A DNA stretch of 64,000 nt from a virus: IMG/VR virus record IMGVR_UViG_3300013744_000001, positions 12,475 through 76,474 of that record; one strand, 5' to 3'. Every line of letters begins with the position of its first letter. The first letter of the stretch is position 1. The notes under the pieces were generated by a model that was given only the letters and a program-made list of their open reading frames with translations, ran no database searches and was not told the DNA's origin. Shown one piece after another: positions 37,401 through 43,891 of the stretch. Position numbers and translations under genes: made by a program.

Positions 37401-38590
37401 CGTTGCAGAATATTCCGATCTGCTTCCCGCATTGCGGCAATCTCTGCCCGCCTTGCCGATATCCTGCTCAGTTCGACTCTCGTGGCATTGCGAGCTGTAA
37501 CACCTCCGCGTGTGAACAAAGCCTTGGCTTCGTTAACAACACCGCCACCAACGACGTTGAGAGTACCGACAATATCCAACGACGCCGACGCAAGACCTGC
37601 GACAAGTGTGCTGGTCGGATGCTCGGGGTCGTAAACACCCTTTGCTCTTTCTTCCCCGCGTATTGCGCCCAGTTCCTGTGCAGAGGCAAAGATGCCCAGA
37701 CCGGTAAGAATACGACGGGCAATGCCCAAGCGCCCCGTCTTGGGAAGGAATCTGGCAACGCCTACAAGACCAAGAGATGGAGCAATCGATGCCCAGTTCT
37801 CGATCAGCATCTCGTTGACCTTGCCGACCAGAGCACCGAAACCCTCTTCCAGAAGCGTTTCTCTGGCACTCTTGCCATACGTCCGCTCATAGTTGCCGTT
37901 TTTGATATCTTCTTCAGTCTTGATCACAGCCTGATTGGCCCAGTCGCTGATCTGCTTCGATCCAAGCTGATCACCCACAAGACCAATAGCATCTGCCCAA
38001 TTCTGCGTAGCCTGCTTGACAGAATGCACAGCAGCACTGTCCCGCTTGACCGTTTCACCTTCCGCATCGGGCAGTGCCAGAGTTTTGGCATTGGACTTCA
38101 GAACCTCATCGACTGTCGTATACTCGTCGATACCCGATTTCTCAAAGAACAGCTTCTTGAAGTTGGCCTTGCTGACACCTTTCAGATACGGGAACTCATA
38201 CTTGGTCGTTCTGCCGATGACCCTGTTGGCCATCTTGTCCATGTAGTAGTCAAGGTTCTCGGTCTTTACCGGGTCCGCTTCGATGAACGCTCTCAAAGTT
38301 TGAAGATTCAGAACATCGTCCGGATTCTCCGATGGCTTCTGCAAACCAAAGGTACTGTGCGCATCGGGGAAGATATCAAAGGTCGTGTTCAATGCAAAGT
38401 CTTCGCGCTCTTCCTTGCTGGCCAGCGTAGGATCGCTCTTGGCAACCTTGAGCGCAGCGCCATATGCCTGCTTGATAGCATGGTCGTAGAGATAATTCTT
38501 CTGCTCGGCACTCAAATCATCGGCGCTGCCTTCAACACCCAGCGCTGCCAAATACGACTGATAATCGAACGTGTCCCTTGAATTTGCCAT
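25442..38590 (-). CDS. giant multidomain (polyvalent-type) protein, 4382 aa, with multiple zincin-like HExxH metallopeptidase motifs; probable virion-packaged / ejected protein
   Basis: Single uninterrupted ORF; terminal gene of an ATGA/1-nt-coupled minus-strand operon. HExxH motifs at 'VLMHELGAHV', 'VLMHEIQHAVQD', 'VFMHEMTENG', 'VMHECSHYGW'. No RNAP DxDGD or helicase motifs were seen. Confidence 0.8.
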   Translation of the reverse strand: MANSRDTFDYQSYLAALGVEGSADDLSAEQKNYLYDHAIKQAYGAALKVAKSDPTLASKEEREDFALNTTFDIFPDAHSTFGLQKPSENPDDVLNLQTLRAFIEADPVKTENLDYYMDKMANRVIGRTTKYEFPYLKGVSKANFKKLFFEKSGIDEYTTVDEVLKSNAKTLALPDAEGETVKRDSAAVHSVKQATQNWADAIGLVGDQLGSKQISDWANQAVIKTEEDIKNGNYERTYGKSARETLLEEGFGALVGKVNEMLIENWASIAPSLGLVGVARFLPKTGRLGIARRILTGLGIFASAQELGAIRGEERAKGVYDPEHPTSTLVAGLASASLDIVGTLNVVGGGVVNEAKALFTRGGVTARNATRVELSRISARRAEIAAMREADRNILQRTGRAALFEGVTETAQEHVAMGSAALKGATYGAMDVVDRSIDTFLVGAASGAGIHTVSEAGDKLTSRAEEKEFNDRIIRGDDEGPLDVGPAAGFPKRTDIKGVNRDDLSPTDDGTDVIAGVSDKEVTTLPHAKRKDGMYEWDSLTNAATGQEDSVVSIGKYIAEGSSDREAYLRLLATINDPQTKKTIDAKQIEHRNENDEASVKFSSGQTLTVRGDRSGRLIERIVALHNANDNAVVFHKSTTIDASKIEDQSDEGLLSYLERELYTYKGTAPPELVTDTAPAGAVSIPVVTDVPRQGASGTRASFLELVEVEETDDDGNVTKREELQDTRNIEQTLREQGYFVISPEQVSAKTRKSRGIGSRDIYAYKDGILYHARLHESNNSSALYATVDGYDVETGAQIKLDDRVARQEIRTAYAKPDANNQEGQGTVVAKSIYIGPPAEGIRVQRQMKGSKAWWQFNDDDIRRLRLSRIIDDEGRNDVNYRSLVTDNGALLSLYVTDSGKVILRNQRGRLLTKGNLTRFMDEMTDEIDARQGIEYVVGVLQGKSRQGYETISLPVESGVSDEIIFVYPRNQKDSAKRKIYAVWRTSGKTTGDKRPLHRVIEWSAEEDSFPARLERLFNATSLDDLRSVFGTNWIDARVVARVNTDGETEYVSAKSGNTGIYWTKDISKAKLFSNDTKLEDIGRNSEAATGELVSVHAILSQFNNDNSLVMFGEDTPFADILAKVKEYVHLLSPLGEPQGWTWTPSKKGFFSSVNESLLHPMGHSNDQATTSVSTEDAVTSGQPELAVKTQTERIQNLEAAIREQMRLSKGAMSALSGVAKKVEAANQLSTPEEKAAALEEIADRMERNFYRNAVRIYAGVLGSRLDSNSELGQEVAEVMNDRNSTLEDMQNLVRKVEDLFNRSFPVTKPLPDVKDVDALVAMNARVSVLAGPLFSRNTRAARVRRAGTKGISLLRELLRTRLMSDSRLANLLGSETLILVDTQEEAEELIAAAYGTAPFYSREGLIQGFVIPETGQVVLVGDGIRVGDAGAVLMHELGAHVRRFGFSDEEFTGILDELKNRQNDDSEEGRQIREAIRRVQEGNRLNSNDRHFWEEVGAYLVEANAGNPTSIVSRIVSWIKTYLYKLSVIDTDSLTNQDIVNFARGAVRTARRGDFDRNVSQTISRNAQIYGLARNLGVPIDELRKELDKIHERTASEESDVQFSFAGERGAAALDNAEAATTRLDNLVVAREMEAANKSVSLIKLATGWERGKDGKWRYELDDSGITVRTNEAIHALAQVVPVALRKIIDAPELFAAYPELQQMRFAYRADDDSRVAGTYFGPKRGIHLRDDLLKKPEKAKQVLMHEIQHAVQDIEGFANGGSVEEAPVNVNREKARENAPGPWLKLMTDKSLLTGYLKTHGISVKANGDLSRKVRIDKYKASSINRLVKLINRLFAVKTPYYNEKRYERDIYRKLYNVGWDHFYDYVRRNVPAFRGMDKTKFDAQWGVVRSWKEEYEQELAAIKWYKSIAGETEARNVETRLDMTATERRESAAYQTEDIAREDQHILEKELRGFVQLFSAHQELRSRSDLMVDFVQTPSFKAWYGDWQTDSSLSPPAVQQAEDGNLVVKNSKGEFKVFDEATPKFSMAISNKPVQYEEMDSGIVHLGPNAKHIVPKESAIPKKLRDKGVVFYSPETISNFNTRFDRLRRYGFIYASLNDRVSSIDALQNIIMRRQQAMLPGTTSADFALGRFINDTFVIDYLSVDREHMSEYVFMHEMTENGVPFVTALAYDEEIDLNEMNNPGLFGFNVSYIGQQYSSGLSRQHKHVYILAENNTPQADIDLYIQQLKARADFVEREITEDDIGEQVSPVPWYSSLAELVGEQSRNLPAAKWLSRLVQWGNESKNRGESSPFNQEVYWTGVREWLEIKDPNDIVEPAELYDFLVGNNVEFKNVMLGGPRSKLGRYARQSVPLDNTDWDLRIRKHESSDYVFAAVSSDLFADQPIAYALLSRLSVHSAGTGIRRVILAINNDDITTLLNNNDVQTRLENILDATFKPVANQQAVGNARKQWAKQFKNYKDAITYFNDWFNQNIYNNPELAYLTSDTSSYLPTHYSGSVMEGRKTDYAELLFYQNKKTPTLEYLHEFVIDPRHWRKEVVNGGLRYTLSEDAMLGRDMHIDYVEKDNKYALTIEVFSDDDFYDISNVSDGTTVTYTTDTLEEALKRASDFVVEQDMNEQLVADEFNQGHFPREGKDLVAHTRFDTRETTDGKRILFVEEVQSDWANDLLFGKLRPEAPYVKYQKAWVTMVAKQVIAHAVEQGDIDGISWTSAEDQSNRWHTMGKRRLEVYQKTLPKAMQNILSDHSPDAKLENVDIQDIGVRQALMLTDEIRNSIQSKGFPLFSIQDTGRSSDETVEGQQIQGAPGVYNRKGGGFAMRYDETVPGHERESLVYGAVLMTDNARDTDLLRALQTSLEADKDLLDSTVGMLVRESQNGESFDRKGIFASMMREVIFEGEENPHFNEVRDALYDAAGLALHVAPSSLSLTDAELLSAANAIGALENNVSEIDVAHPVPPPASELTRNEILDEAIQAGIEENDSVVPEYNADGTASVRTESGNTEYVFEDVNGKDENFRAALDSLSELTTNYDDGTLFSTNEDGTVRKIPGLTTPEELEAFLQRILPPELYEQIEIHWEETRTAKAILRNAFGLFFPYRATDKSIHIRAWDRSIPQVLATVMHECSHYGWTMWGSKALDAEIVRIYNAYTETIYAELPQYFEMLGISDPYLVPDKWKVYLVNEFFAHVNASLMDDSPQIANAFHISDEEYRAMRERLWGVMAEIERKIGNSLLVNIGDRTAIDKFAKDLIALTMGTVVGRGARLIQNTLQSPTGARAPLSKIQIITNDYGQTRRTVPQTREALQVAETREVIRKWGRFFSKGDVIAEFILNNFPMHNRLKGWGFFPSLNVEHAVLGESVGTAYASRLIGNFWNKVSETVASKQRKRFLDLLDLKSALLDAHFDPNLIGGRGNETFAQVFTRLGFAPDSAMMQKARLADATALELSSMKYRNALDIRRAIRGQALELEKRMRIAKIDERTIGRMRKSMAQFESRFHADWDHRMYNVFNGETGVRDLQRLLSYLETDTGAGEMTVNERARDAERIIEAATQQEQAGLITYKQFLSSTRDARTVLKDKERLDALKHYFELRTSNAVKIRAGSDWRTMLLRNMRAEIKQLIMEASRSNNNNGYGEDHLNRISAVRGRTLEDTEEDNFYRTFLDPNTNFFESLLYSVDQQEKILQKLTFNQEMAEHILDTGMGVLRQSIEHDRSYSDSLSWAEDGSILKYVAVDPIFQHALDNEYEVNRNVREAAWSGAIDSMKANSTIYSLRLAVSNHIGSLGILMSSGHLFRIGMMKKAGHVSWKQFADKMLLNSKNLSEAENKFLQMMYKYHIWGATTSDTMMQIRNKGWHEKAIHAIFSYLRDLNVVSNMSQNGLENIVKNALDKMRQFYAFGDEWLKPWVFMNNYNNMLAKHKALTPGLREEQYERLAGKDAAEMTLQETTSWEYTPKLIRHMSMNSIRMITPDFLMHNFQMARITAAIYTRFFDVMEELGKVSARDDVNEPAMKEYKDALTKEAVQRGIGVGLTTATYYGLFGAAKGVIAYLPYALGTMLGAIKLDDDDDERKKRRARSFFYPSEYHGATRITNWLNGGNNLFLPVMRDHDDPYSFFGYNYARNNVMLTHAPIMAATEDPTFEQRIIEAMKNFMDLSQGTMTQELVNNLMGKDKFGREISPAEAATAIGKRMMVPGVMTQILQATVGLPSTDTDFRKGRAIKVPQLAGITVNKYDVRDVTNHLGYFIREQGSLSKNVKKRAFVDDLSKGQPLPARDIAERIAKLREKNREDLNKAVYLLKGIRDFGLSEKEIHKYLTTSRKNAATLVSKDNAMAFLKGQNIFDIMLLNSLEEKKRNLLKSVPTSRMDKDSIDIAIANTDRAIKLMRQSLRISVE

Positions 38591-38591
38591 C

Positions 38592-39113
38592 TCAGTTCTG
38601 CTCCAGAATACCTTTGATTACATTGACCACATTGCGACCAGCCTTGTTTCTGCCGGCAAGCTGTTTGGACAGCATCCCGATGACATCGGCAAGTGTGGCT
38701 CTTGGAGGAATGACAATCGAACGAACTTCGGGCCTTGACTCGTTTATAACGTCAAGGAAACGCTTAATAGTACCCGAGTATATATCGTCACCGACAATCA
38801 CGGCATCTTCACCGAAGTGAAACGCCACTATCATATCGTCGATAGAACCGTACTGCTCGAAAAACATCCTGTCCATGATGGCTGTAGTACTGACATTGTC
38901 AGCCAGAGCGTAGACATTGACGTTGCCTGTCATCTGCGCAGCACGCTCAGGAAGCACAGGCATAAAGCCCTGCTTCCCGTCGATATCGTAGTACTCATCA
39001 TCTCCGCCGCTCACATACAAAGCCCTTGCGATATAGCCAAAAGGGTCGGGGTGCCCGAGCGGAAGAAGAATCCCGTTGTAAACTTCCTTGAGCTGCGCAG
39101 CACTCAGTTCCAT
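38592..39113 (-). CDS. hypothetical protein (173 aa), operon with the giant protein
   Basis: Its stop lies 1 nt before the giant ORF start; ATGA overlap with the upstream lipoprotein gene. Confidence 0.5.
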   Translation of the reverse strand: MELSAAQLKEVYNGILLPLGHPDPFGYIARALYVSGGDDEYYDIDGKQGFMPVLPERAAQMTGNVNVYALADNVSTTAIMDRMFFEQYGSIDDMIVAFHFGEDAVIVGDDIYSGTIKRFLDVINESRPEVRSIVIPPRATLADVIGMLSKQLAGRNKAGRNVVNVIKGILEQN

Positions 39114-39622
39114 TACGGTGCCTCTTTCGGTACTTCAGTTATTGTCGTAGTCGTCGTGCTCATATTGGCACCGGTGGTGGGCGAGTTGTCCTTGCCCGAA
39201 CCATACGTGTGACCTTTGCCCACCATTGTAACCTTGTCACCGGCACTTTTCAACGCCTGTTTCATCACGTTGGCACCGGCAACAATGCCGGTTACAGCAA
39301 TGCCTCCGGTGACGGCACTACCAACAACCTGCGCCAAAGCCTGATTCTGCGCATCGGCAACATAATTGATGGCATCATAGGCATTGGTCTTAACCAGATC
39401 AGCACACCGATCCGCCTTACCGGCCAACGCTTCGACAGCCACAAGCAAAGCCTGGTCCTTAACATCGGCATACTGCGGCGCCTGTGCCTGTTTGCTTTTA
39501 TAACAGCTCTCCACCATCCTTGCCTGCGCATTGGCTATCTCCACATCATACTGTGTAAGCTTGTGTCCTGCGCAGGAGGAAAGGAAGAGAACGGGTAAAA
39601 CGAACAATGTCGTACGTTTCAT
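39113..39622 (-). CDS. lipoprotein (signal peptide + lipobox 'LSSC')
   Basis: 'MKRTTLFVLPVLFLSSCAGHK'; Ala/Gly-rich; C-terminal 'TTTTIT'. Confidence 0.55.
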   Translation of the reverse strand: MKRTTLFVLPVLFLSSCAGHKLTQYDVEIANAQARMVESCYKSKQAQAPQYADVKDQALLVAVEALAGKADRCADLVKTNAYDAINYVADAQNQALAQVVGSAVTGGIAVTGIVAGANVMKQALKSAGDKVTMVGKGHTYGSGKDNSPTTGANMSTTTTTITEVPKEAP

Positions 39623-42033
39623 TTCGCACCTCGCAACTTGTTAAGATACGTAGCCCAGTAAATCTTTTCCTCGTTAGCAATGTCCAACCCCGACTGCTGT
39701 AAATTGTCGAGAATTGAAAATACCTCTTCGTCGTTTGCAGCAGAGAGAAGTGCTTTCTTGTCAGCGTCACTAAGCGAAGCAAACTGTGGCGGCTCAACCA
39801 TGGCATCGTCCTGTTGCTCAGGCGTCGGTGTCACAGGCTGAGCAGGCTGAGCAGGCTGAGCAGGCTGAGCAGGCTGAGCAGGCTGAGCAGGCTGAGCAGG
39901 CTGAGCAGGCTGAGCAGGCTGAGCAGACTCCGAATTATTGAAACCTGCAAAATTCAACCATTCATTTGCACCGGCATCCGATATTCTCCCTGCCTTGCGC
40001 AAATTTCCAAGCTGCACTTTGGCATCTTCCAGTGTCGTTGCATTAACCAGATCTCTGCGCTCCGCAAAAGACAGGTCCTTATAAAACGAAGGAAACCTGG
40101 GAGGCTTGTTCGGACCCATCCAGTATGTGTAAGAAGCACCCGGTGCGTTCAACATTGCCCGTTCGCCACGCATAAGATCGTCATTGGACTGGCCCAAGGC
40201 GCTGGACATCAAATCATTTACACCTTCCTTTGTAGCGTCGAGCAGAGGCTTGGCTACTGTGGCAACAGTCGCAGCGCCCCCGCCGAGTCGACCGGCAACT
40301 CCCAGCGCACGCCCGACACCGCCCTTTGCTGCACTGGAAGCGACTGCCTCAGCCGCTTCGGCGGCACCCTTGGCTGCACGGCCTCTGAAATACTTCCACG
40401 CAGCAAGACCGCCGACGCCAATACCAATGCCTGCACCAACACCGATGTTTCTGTCTTTCTTTGACTCTGCCTGAGCTGTTGCAGGTTCGGCAGGCTGCGG
40501 CGTCACTGTCTCTGTCGACGGTTGAGCACCACCAGCATTGCTTGCCTGCTGTCCAGTCTGTGCTTGAGCCTGTGCCTGAGCCTGTTCCTGTTGCTGCAAC
40601 CACAAAGACTTCTGCTGTCCGTGGTGATTCCACGCTTTGTCATAATTATCGATGGTCTTCTGGTCTGGTTGCGACGCAAAATGTTCTTTCAAATAAATGG
40701 TCTTCAAACCTTCGCCATAACCATCGATGTCACCATTCGACCCAGCGACAACTGTTGTTCTGAACTCCTTTGTAAACCTGGCAGGACTACGACCAACGGC
40801 CAACAGCACAGCCAGCGTCGCTTGATCCTCCTCACTCAGATCCATTGCACGCTTCGCAGCCAGCACCCGCTGTGCAAATTCACCCTTCATGTCAACGTAT
40901 CGAGGCATAATACGATTCTTCAGATCGCCGAAGGTTTCGTTTGTTATCTGATAGAACCCGTTGGCCGTAGAGTCGGGATCATTTGACACAGCCTGACCGT
41001 CACCGCGGGATTCTGCGTACTTGACAATGTTCAAATAATCGTTGAATACCTCCTTGACAATAGCAGGCGACACACCCTGTTGCTGAGCAACTTTCGAAAC
41101 AAAGCCATTCATAAGTTCGTTGTCGCCTATGAGATCAAACTCTCCCTGATCAGTGGCGGCTGAAGCAGCTTTGATATTATTGTCTGCGGGTTTCAACCCC
41201 GCAGGATTCTTGCCACCTGCCATAGCTGCAAGCTGCGAAAGTACGTCCTCTGCGCCCTGACTGTCCTGCTGCGCCCGACTTTGTCGATACATACGATCGG
41301 ATTCATTGAATTTCAAAAGTGTATTCTCCGTATCAATTTCAGCTTTGGTAGTAAAGTCAAGCGCCTTGGCCTCAGCTTCCAGAACGGCCTTGTTGTTTTC
41401 GTACTGCTGACGCTTGTGCTCGTTCCTCAGCTTCTGCAACTCAAGCAATGTGTTCGTATACTGCTCATCCAGTTTGCCCAGCTTATCGATGGTTGCCATA
41501 TCATGTTGCAACCTGCGTTCCTCACGCTCAGCGGCACTGGCTCTGGCCATCTCGTACCCGGCCATGATAGATGTGAGCGTAGGTGCCGGGATATTCGACT
41601 GCTGCTGAAGAAATGCAAGGGTTTTATCGTTCAGAACACCTGCGAACTTGGTGAAATGTTCGTTATATCTCTCCTGTAACGTCTGAATCTCCTGTGCACG
41701 TCTGGCGTAAAGTGCCTGCTGATTGCTGATACCGGCAAGCCCTGCCTCGATATCGAGGTCAGCTATGGCCATGTTCTGCTTCGCAGCACGTGTGGCAAGC
41801 CTGGTTGTCTCGCCCTGATACCGTTTGATGATCTGTCGCATACGACCGGCGAAAGTATTAGCAGCTTTATCTGCCCGCTGCTGAATATCCTTGTTCAATC
41901 GCTCCTGATCGCTCGTCGGTCTGATCAGTTGGAAACGAAGACGCTCCTTTCCAGCCTCGGCCAGTTGCTCCTTGTTCTGCGCCTGCACCTGTGCCTGTTG
42001 CTGCACCGGAAGCGGTGTTGGGATGTCAGCCAT
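39619..42033 (-). CDS. large coiled-coil / lytic-transglycosylase-like / transmembrane protein with C-terminal (AQP)n repeat; tape-measure- or ejection-protein-like
   Basis: N-terminal ~350 aa Gln/Glu-rich coiled coil; SLT-like 'VKYAESRGDGQAVSNDPDSTANGFYQITNETF' (E-S ... SxAxGxxQI); hydrophobic 'IGVGAGIGIGVGGLAAW'; C-terminal 'AQPAQPAQP...' repeat. Confidence 0.55.
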   Translation of the reverse strand: MADIPTPLPVQQQAQVQAQNKEQLAEAGKERLRFQLIRPTSDQERLNKDIQQRADKAANTFAGRMRQIIKRYQGETTRLATRAAKQNMAIADLDIEAGLAGISNQQALYARRAQEIQTLQERYNEHFTKFAGVLNDKTLAFLQQQSNIPAPTLTSIMAGYEMARASAAEREERRLQHDMATIDKLGKLDEQYTNTLLELQKLRNEHKRQQYENNKAVLEAEAKALDFTTKAEIDTENTLLKFNESDRMYRQSRAQQDSQGAEDVLSQLAAMAGGKNPAGLKPADNNIKAASAATDQGEFDLIGDNELMNGFVSKVAQQQGVSPAIVKEVFNDYLNIVKYAESRGDGQAVSNDPDSTANGFYQITNETFGDLKNRIMPRYVDMKGEFAQRVLAAKRAMDLSEEDQATLAVLLAVGRSPARFTKEFRTTVVAGSNGDIDGYGEGLKTIYLKEHFASQPDQKTIDNYDKAWNHHGQQKSLWLQQQEQAQAQAQAQTGQQASNAGGAQPSTETVTPQPAEPATAQAESKKDRNIGVGAGIGIGVGGLAAWKYFRGRAAKGAAEAAEAVASSAAKGGVGRALGVAGRLGGGAATVATVAKPLLDATKEGVNDLMSSALGQSNDDLMRGERAMLNAPGASYTYWMGPNKPPRFPSFYKDLSFAERRDLVNATTLEDAKVQLGNLRKAGRISDAGANEWLNFAGFNNSESAQPAQPAQPAQPAQPAQPAQPAQPAQPAQPVTPTPEQQDDAMVEPPQFASLSDADKKALLSAANDEEVFSILDNLQQSGLDIANEEKIYWATYLNKLRGAK
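39834..39926 (-). repeat. in-frame 9-bp tandem repeat (GCTCAGCCT)n, ~10-11 copies, encoding (AQP)n
   Basis: Plus strand '(caggctgag)n' read directly at 39841-39925. Confidence 0.9.
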
Positions 42034-42036
42034 GAT

Positions 42037-42648
42037 TTACCCCTTGAGAAAATTATGCAGAGCAACGCCGAATGCCGTGCCTGCCGAATTGAAACCGTAA
42101 CCAAAGGCATAAGTCGAACGCATATAAGAATCTGCAATACCCGGAAAATACTGGGCGTCACCCTCGCGCTCCACAGGAATGCCGACAACAACTTTCCAAC
42201 GACTGAGCAGATCGGTGTTAACCCTTGTGCTCTCACTGTTATGCGTTACGGCGCGGACATGTGCAACCGCGGGTACGACACTAGTGGCAGCTCTGCCTGC
42301 GTAACCCACCATCGCCAGAGGACGATACCCGTCATTGCCCCGTCTGATCTTGCGCATCGACTCGCCGAAACCCCGAAACACAGCGCCCTTGGCCCGCTTG
42401 ACACTGGAATCGCAGTACTTGTACGCGTTGGCAAAGAACTTGCGGTACCAGTTATAAAAGTCTGCGTCTGCGTCCCTGAACTCATAATAAATGTCTCTGG
42501 TCTCATCACCCAACTCTTCCAGCTTCTCAGCCAGTTGCTTGAGCTTCTTGATGTACTTGCGAAGCGCAATGAGATAAAAAGCCATCTGGGCAATGGAAAG
42601 CACCAGAGCCGATATCTCATAAAACTTGACAGCAGAACCACCAGCCAT
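42037..42648 (-). CDS. membrane protein, paralogue A (203 aa)
   Basis: N-terminal TM 'FYEISALVLSIAQMAFYLIAL'; C-terminal 'GYGFNSAGTAFGVAL' is shared with paralogue B. Confidence 0.5.
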   Translation of the reverse strand: MAGGSAVKFYEISALVLSIAQMAFYLIALRKYIKKLKQLAEKLEELGDETRDIYYEFRDADADFYNWYRKFFANAYKYCDSSVKRAKGAVFRGFGESMRKIRRGNDGYRPLAMVGYAGRAATSVVPAVAHVRAVTHNSESTRVNTDLLSRWKVVVGIPVEREGDAQYFPGIADSYMRSTYAFGYGFNSAGTAFGVALHNFLKG

Positions 42649-42649
42649 G

Positions 42650-43456
42650 TCATCCTCGTATCGCCTGAGACGCAGGCATGCCTATCTGAATCGGATTGGG
42701 CGAAGCGTTACTACCCAGACCCAGATTATTCGTACTTATCTGCTGACCACCCTGCGGCAAGGTTGCCATCCGACCCAGGCTCACGCCGAGTGCTGCACCA
42801 GCAGAGTTAAACCCGCTGATGAATATATCGGAGAGACCCTGAAAAATAGCACCGCTCTGCTGATAATACTTCATCACATTGTCCGCGTTGAATACAGCTT
42901 TCATGCTCGACTGCGCAACCTGAACAATGCGGGCCTTTTCCCACTTGAAGTTCAAAGCTTCCCGCTTTGCATGCGCTTCCATCAGCGATCCGGCAGAGCC
43001 TGTGCCCAAAGCCGCCGCAAGCTGCCCGTCGTGCAATCCCCACCCTGAAGGAATACCACAACAACTCGCTCGGGACAACTGAAATTGCATAGACGTCACA
43101 GCATTGCCATCAGAATCTGTCTCTTTGGCAAAGCGTGTGGCATTGCCACAAGGGTTCGAGCTGGGCTCTGGAATACCCAAAGCCTGCTTCTTCCAACGCA
43201 GAATCGGCAAGTCCTGATTCATCCGATACTCGTGAAGCTTGTCGATGAACTCCATCTGTTTGTCGATCAACCTATCTCTGTCCTCAATGGCGTCGTCAAA
43301 CATCTTCCAATAAATGATGAGCTGTGCCAACGCAAAGACGAGCTGAATCATCGTTTCAATCTGGAGCTCCTTCTCATACTGAAGCCGCTCCCGAAAGTAC
43401 ATGTTCGTTTCCATATTGAACATGTTTGCGTTTACAACCGTTACTGGAATACCCAT
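42650..43456 (-). CDS. membrane protein, paralogue B (268 aa)
   Basis: N-terminal TM 'MIQLVFALAQLIIYW'; C-terminal 'SGAIFQGLSDIFISGFNSAGAALGVSLG'. Confidence 0.5.
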   Translation of the reverse strand: MGIPVTVVNANMFNMETNMYFRERLQYEKELQIETMIQLVFALAQLIIYWKMFDDAIEDRDRLIDKQMEFIDKLHEYRMNQDLPILRWKKQALGIPEPSSNPCGNATRFAKETDSDGNAVTSMQFQLSRASCCGIPSGWGLHDGQLAAALGTGSAGSLMEAHAKREALNFKWEKARIVQVAQSSMKAVFNADNVMKYYQQSGAIFQGLSDIFISGFNSAGAALGVSLGRMATLPQGGQQISTNNLGLGSNASPNPIQIGMPASQAIRG

Positions 43457-43505
43457 CGTCTCTGCCTCAACCGTTAACTAAATTTTATTACGCAAATCCA
43501 AGTAC

Positions 43506-43534
43506 TTCCACAAAGTGAGTGTGGCTCACTTTGT
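43506..43534. other. 12-bp perfect inverted repeat hairpin 'CCACAAAGTGAG'..'CTCACTTTGTGG' (5-nt loop) between the KilA-type gene and the membrane-protein operon
   Basis: Read directly. Confidence 0.5.
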
Positions 43535-43548
43535 GGATATGTCTGTTT

Positions 43549-43848
43549 TCATTGAACAATTTGTTTCGTCTCAGAAGCAAACAATTGTTTCGCCTCCAAA
43601 TGCGTTGCCATATAATTTATAAGCTCGGTCTTTCGTTCCACATACTCAACACCTTGACCAATGAGAACACCGTTAAGCGTTTCCAACTCTCCCAAAATAT
43701 CGAGCTGCTTAACTGTCAACTTTTCTCTATCGAGTCCTGTGTACTTACCTGTCAGCGTCCAATTTATAAGCTTGGCCTCGTTCATATAATGCCTGGCATC
43801 TGTCGACTTTCCTCGCTTATCGCGAGTCAATTTTAACAACTTGCACAT
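43549..43848 (-). CDS. KilA/antirepressor C-terminal-domain fragment (99 aa)
   Basis: 'HYMNEAKLINWTLTGKYTGLDREKLTVKQLDILGELETLNGVLIGQGVEYVERKTELINYM' is homologous to the C-terminus of the 48917..49642 gene. Confidence 0.45.
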   Translation of the reverse strand: MCKLLKLTRDKRGKSTDARHYMNEAKLINWTLTGKYTGLDREKLTVKQLDILGELETLNGVLIGQGVEYVERKTELINYMATHLEAKQLFASETKQIVQ

Positions 43849-43891
43849 TGTCTTAAACGAACAGGTCGCAACACTTCGTAAACGTTTCCAT

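Noticed and set aside
25688-38581. Numerous plus-strand ORFs (for example 37010..38581, 523 aa; 34907..35770) inside the giant minus-strand gene
   Set aside because: They are antisense artefacts of a very long coding region, with no RBS or motifs; the minus-strand 4382-aa frame is continuous and motif-bearing.
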